Positions 59,940 to 64,000 of a stretch of 64,000 nucleotides of DNA are shown here, piece after piece. Source of the DNA: Cyanophyceae cyanobacterium (GTDB taxonomy: Bacteria > Cyanobacteriota > Cyanobacteriia > Cyanobacteriales > JBHJGN01). Made by a program: the position numbers and the translations under genes. Where the stretch lies: assembly GCA_050331735.1 (NCBI GenBank), contig JBHJGN010000019.1, positions 90,603 to 154,602 on the forward strand, in the 5' to 3' direction. Within the stretch, counting starts at the first letter, position 1, and each line of letters starts with the position of its first letter. Under the pieces are notes generated by a model that worked only from the letters and a program-made list of their open reading frames with translations, had not been told where the DNA came from and ran no database searches.

Positions 59940-60266
59940 GTCAATGTTCGTCCACCGAATGATACTATTTCTCAAGCTCGATGCCACAGGAGTAGGAAGT
60001 TCTCAAATCTTTCCCCTAACTACGCATCTGCAATTTCGCTTTTTGAAATTGAATAGAAAGATTGCCGTTTTGTGCAAAGGCTACGTCTTGTTCTGGTCAT
60101 CTACTTGGCACCCATTATCAATCAGATCCTCTCTTTTCTTCTGTATTCTAGAGCGAGAGCGTTTCATTCCTATCTGTCTAGAACTTCCCAAGCGGAGTTT
60201 CCGATGACACTTGGTTAAACAGGGAAGCTAACGTTCATCAATTTTTGATCCTCTTTTTAACCAGTT

Positions 60267-60965
60267 GTGCGAGGAACTGTGTTGGCACCGATCCTATTGT
60301 TTATCTCTCTCCTGAGTCTAGCCTGGTTGCTCTACTGCCACCTCAAAGCCCAACAAGCTTTGCAGTGGTGGTCTCAAAGACAATCCCTGCTGCTCTTGAA
60401 CGAAGCTGATATCGTCAGAGATAGTCTCCTCCAAGACTCTTTCTCGCTGCGTCGCAGCTTAGAACGATCGCCGGAAGCTTGCCAACAGGGAGTTGAGAAA
60501 CTCGAAGTCTTTCATCGTTCATTGGAGCAATTAAGCGATCGCCTTTCTCCTCCCCATGTGGAGTACAGTCTTCCGCTCGCGATTGAGTGGCTGACTCAAT
60601 CCTGGCAACCGCGCTACCCTCAGCTCAACATCAAGACGCAACTGCCCAGCATTTGGCAAGATACGCCGCCCGAGGGGAATTTGATTATTCTACGGGTTTT
60701 AGATGAACTGCTGCAAATCACAGCCAATTTTTCGGCAGAATCGCTGCAAATCTGCCTCAAACAGCGGGAAATTGAGGAGCTAAACTTTAAGATTTCTTTT
60801 GCTCACAAATCTATGCTGATCGCCTATTCTGATCTAAAGGAATTAAACTATCTGCGTCAAACCTTTCGCTTCCTCACGTCAGGACAGTGCGTTTGGCAAA
60901 GACAGGGACTAACGGGGTCATGGTGTTTCCGTTGGCGATCGCCTAAACATCAAGATGCGACTTAG
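60267..60965 (+). CDS. Membrane-anchored degenerate NarX-type histidine kinase-like protein
   Basis: One TM; EADIVRDSLLQDSF at the H-box position, SLPLAIEWL; no G-boxes. Confidence 0.55.
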   Translation: MRGTVLAPILLFISLLSLAWLLYCHLKAQQALQWWSQRQSLLLLNEADIVRDSLLQDSFSLRRSLERSPEACQQGVEKLEVFHRSLEQLSDRLSPPHVEYSLPLAIEWLTQSWQPRYPQLNIKTQLPSIWQDTPPEGNLIILRVLDELLQITANFSAESLQICLKQREIEELNFKISFAHKSMLIAYSDLKELNYLRQTFRFLTSGQCVWQRQGLTGSWCFRWRSPKHQDAT

Positions 60966-60976
60966 AGGAATAAAGA

Positions 60977-61648
60977 ATGAGCCAAAATTTGTCACAGTTA
61001 CAGCGAATTCTGGTCGTTGACGACCACGAACTGGTTCTAGGAGGAACGATTAATGTCCTCAATCAGGAATATCCAGACGCAGAAATTCTCACGGCTCCAA
61101 CCGCCCAAAGTGCCCAAGAACAGGTGGCACTCTACCAGCCCAAACTCGTCGTGATGGATCTGTCACTTCCCGAGCAGCCAGGAGAGAAAGCTCGCTCTGA
61201 AACAGGGATTCAACTACTCAAGTCTTTAATGGCACAGTATCCCGAACTGAACCTAACCGTACAAAGCAGTTACGTCAAGTCGCTCGTGCGGATTAAGCCC
61301 AGCATTGATGCCCATGAGGGAGGCTTCACGGTCGCCGATAAAGGTCTCTCTAGTCAAGAAATGTTAACCAGGGTGAGCTGGGCCATGCAGGGACTCACTC
61401 ACACCAAAGACCTCAAAAGCATGCAAAGCGGACTGGAGATCAAGCCAGAGTGGCTGGAGTTGCTCGACATGGCTTTTGGGGAAGGATTGCAAGACAAAGA
61501 AATTGCTAAACGGCTCTGCGTAGCCGAACGCACAGTCCGTCACTACTGGACCAAAATCCAGGACGTTTTGGAAGTCTACCCAGAAGACGGCAAGAATATC
61601 CGCATTCAAACCGAGAAGCGAGCCAGAGAAGAAGGATTGATTGATTAA
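60977..61648 (+). CDS. NarL/LuxR-type response regulator
   Basis: VVDDHE, VVMDL, HTH GLQDKEIA..VAERTVRHY. Confidence 0.92.
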   Translation: MSQNLSQLQRILVVDDHELVLGGTINVLNQEYPDAEILTAPTAQSAQEQVALYQPKLVVMDLSLPEQPGEKARSETGIQLLKSLMAQYPELNLTVQSSYVKSLVRIKPSIDAHEGGFTVADKGLSSQEMLTRVSWAMQGLTHTKDLKSMQSGLEIKPEWLELLDMAFGEGLQDKEIAKRLCVAERTVRHYWTKIQDVLEVYPEDGKNIRIQTEKRAREEGLID

Positions 61649-61753
61649 ACTCCTCAATGAAGAAACGTTGTTGATCGATGATTGTTCCTCGAAAAAGTCT
61701 CGACTGAAATTGCTTGTGTTCGCTTGTTTACTGTTGCTAGAAATAGATCGAGG

Positions 61754-63673
61754 ATGAAGGGGTTGGGCCGCTGGAAAAAAATGAAGCGGGAGCTAGCTCT
61801 CTGGCGCGTCGGCATCCTGCCAGGGCTGACGATGATTGGCCTGGTTGTGCTCCTGCGCTTGACTGGATTTCTCCAGTTTCAGGAGTGGCAAGCGCTCGAT
61901 AGCTTTCTGCGGCTGCGTCCCGCCGAGCCCGTTGACGAGCGGGTGGTCATCGTGGGCATGAGCGAAGCCGATTTGGCTAGAGTTGGCTACCCCGTCCCCG
62001 ACCGCGAACTGGCTGCTCTCCTAAGAACTTTGCAGCAGGACCAGCCAAGAGCAATTGGGCTAGATTTAGCGAGGGATCGGGCCCAAGCCGAGCTGGTGGT
62101 CGCTCTCAAGGAAAACCCCACGCAAATTGCGGTAGAAAAGGTGCTGCCGGACCGCATTGCCCCACCGCCGGGATTGCCACTAGAACAGGTTGGTTTTGTC
62201 GATGCCATTACCGATGGCGACAGCCGTCTGAGACGCAGCTTATTGGGAACTCCAACCCAGGTCGAGCCAGACTACAAATTCTCTCTCGTTGTCCGTCTGG
62301 CTCAAGCGTATCTGTCTGCGGAGGGCATTCCGCTCGAAAACGGTCGCCGCGATCCGGAGACGATGCGGTTTGGCGATGTTGAACTGCCGCGCTTTTTCTC
62401 CAATTCTGGAGGATACGTGGGAGCCGATGCCGGGGGAGTGCAGGTTTTGCTCAACTACCGCAGCGGTCGTCAATCTTTTCGGAGGCTGTCCCTGCACGAC
62501 ATTAAAATAGGGAACTTCGAGCCGAGCTGGATTCGAGACCGGATTGTGCTCATTGGCATGACCGCCATCAGCGCTAAAGATATCTTTAATACCTCTGCCA
62601 TTGCTGCGGCTAACCCGGCACCGGGGCAAATGTACGGAGTCGAAATTCAGGCTCATGCCGTCAGCCAGATTCTCAGCGCTGTGCTGGATGGGCGATCGCT
62701 GATGAGCACGTGGTCCGATGGGTGGGAGTATTTATGGATTGTCGGTTGGGGAATTGTCGGTATCGTGATTGCTGGTTTGCCTCTCTCGCCGGTGAAGAAC
62801 CTCTTAGGAGTGGCTCTCGTCACCCTGGGTCTCGTCTTGATTAGTTACGGAGGACTGGCGGGGTGGGGCTGGTGGGTTCCGGTGTTTCCGGCTGCTGTCG
62901 TGTTAGTGCTTAACGGGATAGTTCTAACCTCTTTTTACTACAGCGATCGCGCTTTGCGCTCCCGCCTCCGCGATCGCCAGCAAACCATTGACCGCACCTT
63001 TGATACTATTCATAACGGACCGTTACAAACTCTGAAGTTAACGATCAAAGAGGTCCGTGATCGCCCCGTCTCCTCGGCCCAGTTACTGGTCGGGCTAGAA
63101 AATCTCAACGGCGAACTGCGGGCTGTCTATGAATCCTTGAGACGAGAAACCCTTACTCAAAAGAATTACCTGCATCTAGGAAACGGCACCGAACTCGACC
63201 TCCAGGCTTCTGTCCCCGAACTGCTGTATCAGGTTTACAGCCAAACCCTAGAGCGAGACTTTCCCTGCTTTACAACCCTCAGAGTCAAAATGCCGAGCTT
63301 CGCGGCCATCGACGAGCAACGCTTAGGCATCGAGCAAAAACGCGGATTGGGGCAATTTCTTGAAGAAGCTCTGTGTAACGTGGGTCAGTATGCAACTGGC
63401 GTCACTCGTCTGCAAGTGACCTGTACCCAGAGCGAAGGCTGGTGCGTACTGCGCGTTGAAGATAACGGAGTTGGCCTGAGCGCGTCTTCGGAAGGTCGAG
63501 GCACACAGCAGGCCAAAAACCTGGCCCGCCAACTCGGAGGGAAATTCGAGCGCCAACCGCGATCGCCTAAAGGAACTGTCTGCCAACTTACGTGGCCTGT
63601 TAAAAAAACTTGGCTGGCTCGGTGGCGACGGTCACACAACCAGCTTCCAGTGAGCATCCGGGAGCGAACGTAA
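61754..63673 (+). CDS. CHASE2-domain sensor histidine kinase
   Basis: CHASE2 (PRAIGLD, DSRLRRSLL, GVEIQAH), 3 TMs, IHNGPLQ H-box, EDNGVG, GRGT. Confidence 0.9.
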   Translation: MKGLGRWKKMKRELALWRVGILPGLTMIGLVVLLRLTGFLQFQEWQALDSFLRLRPAEPVDERVVIVGMSEADLARVGYPVPDRELAALLRTLQQDQPRAIGLDLARDRAQAELVVALKENPTQIAVEKVLPDRIAPPPGLPLEQVGFVDAITDGDSRLRRSLLGTPTQVEPDYKFSLVVRLAQAYLSAEGIPLENGRRDPETMRFGDVELPRFFSNSGGYVGADAGGVQVLLNYRSGRQSFRRLSLHDIKIGNFEPSWIRDRIVLIGMTAISAKDIFNTSAIAAANPAPGQMYGVEIQAHAVSQILSAVLDGRSLMSTWSDGWEYLWIVGWGIVGIVIAGLPLSPVKNLLGVALVTLGLVLISYGGLAGWGWWVPVFPAAVVLVLNGIVLTSFYYSDRALRSRLRDRQQTIDRTFDTIHNGPLQTLKLTIKEVRDRPVSSAQLLVGLENLNGELRAVYESLRRETLTQKNYLHLGNGTELDLQASVPELLYQVYSQTLERDFPCFTTLRVKMPSFAAIDEQRLGIEQKRGLGQFLEEALCNVGQYATGVTRLQVTCTQSEGWCVLRVEDNGVGLSASSEGRGTQQAKNLARQLGGKFERQPRSPKGTVCQLTWPVKKTWLARWRRSHNQLPVSIRERT

Positions 63674-63687
63674 GGCTTCGCTCCCGG
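63658..63687 (+). terminator. Hairpin at the end of the CHASE2 kinase gene
   Basis: ccgggagcgaa-N8-ttcgctcccgg. Confidence 0.5.
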
Positions 63688-63857
63688 CTCAAGTTGTTTC
63701 ATTTAAAATAGCCTTACCGAGTATCCGAAAATCCCATCGATTCACACATTAAGTGCCGAGAGCTGCGTTGTACCGGGCGGTGGGCCAAGAGGTACGTCTA
63801 TAACTTGGCGATGGCAACAGCATAAGGCAGCAACTGACTTTTCTGCTTTCAGTCATG

Positions 63858-64000
63858 AAACCATTTACCGAAAGTAGTCAGATAGTTCCTTAAACTCACC
63901 AAGCATTGGAGGTTCAAGGGCAAAGAGCTGCTGTGCTTCCCTTTCCCCTTGACCCCTTCCCCTTTCCCCCAACTCATCAAGTCTCCTATTACTTTTTCTA
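63858..64000 (-). mobile_element. ~150-bp MITE-like element, copy 2 (runs off the window end)
   Basis: Reverse complement aligns without gaps to 5111-5253. Confidence 0.7.

Larger units (their letters stand above)
1..64000. repeat. HIP1 octamer GCGATCGC dispersed throughout
   Basis: Dozens of occurrences in coding and non-coding DNA (e.g. 275, 9712, 9730, 57683); hallmark of cyanobacteria. Confidence 0.95.

Noticed and set aside
59940..60260. ORF 59866-60207 or an sRNA between tpsB and the pseudokinase
   Set aside because: No recognisable motif, RBS or structure; probably a promoter region.

Overview
Cyanobacterial chromosomal window (dense HIP1 GCGATCGC octamers, Tic20, DUF29, DUF4278, NtcA box). 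Housekeeping genes (lnt, glgP, natE, rbsK, rpsF, glyA, wecA-like, cinA, aroQ, EF-G paralog, glsA, RND pump) are interleaved with about ten gene remnants, three pairs of them abutting back-to-back. Most notable: (1) a guanidine-assimilation operon under an NtcA box and a guanidine-I riboswitch (gdmH-hypA-hypB), ending in a sodium:solute symporter instead of the ABC importer known from Synechocystis. It converges on a glutamine-riboswitch-controlled DUF4278 gene. (2) A divergent ArsR-SRPBCC-nucleotidyltransferase-clpP operon whose ClpP has lost all three catalytic-triad residues. (3) A family of 13-bp micro-hairpins with co-varying stems in G-rich intergenic repeats, plus a ~150-bp MITE-like element in two copies. 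No CRISPR array, tRNA, rRNA or prophage was seen. Family calls come from motif recognition by eye, not database searches.
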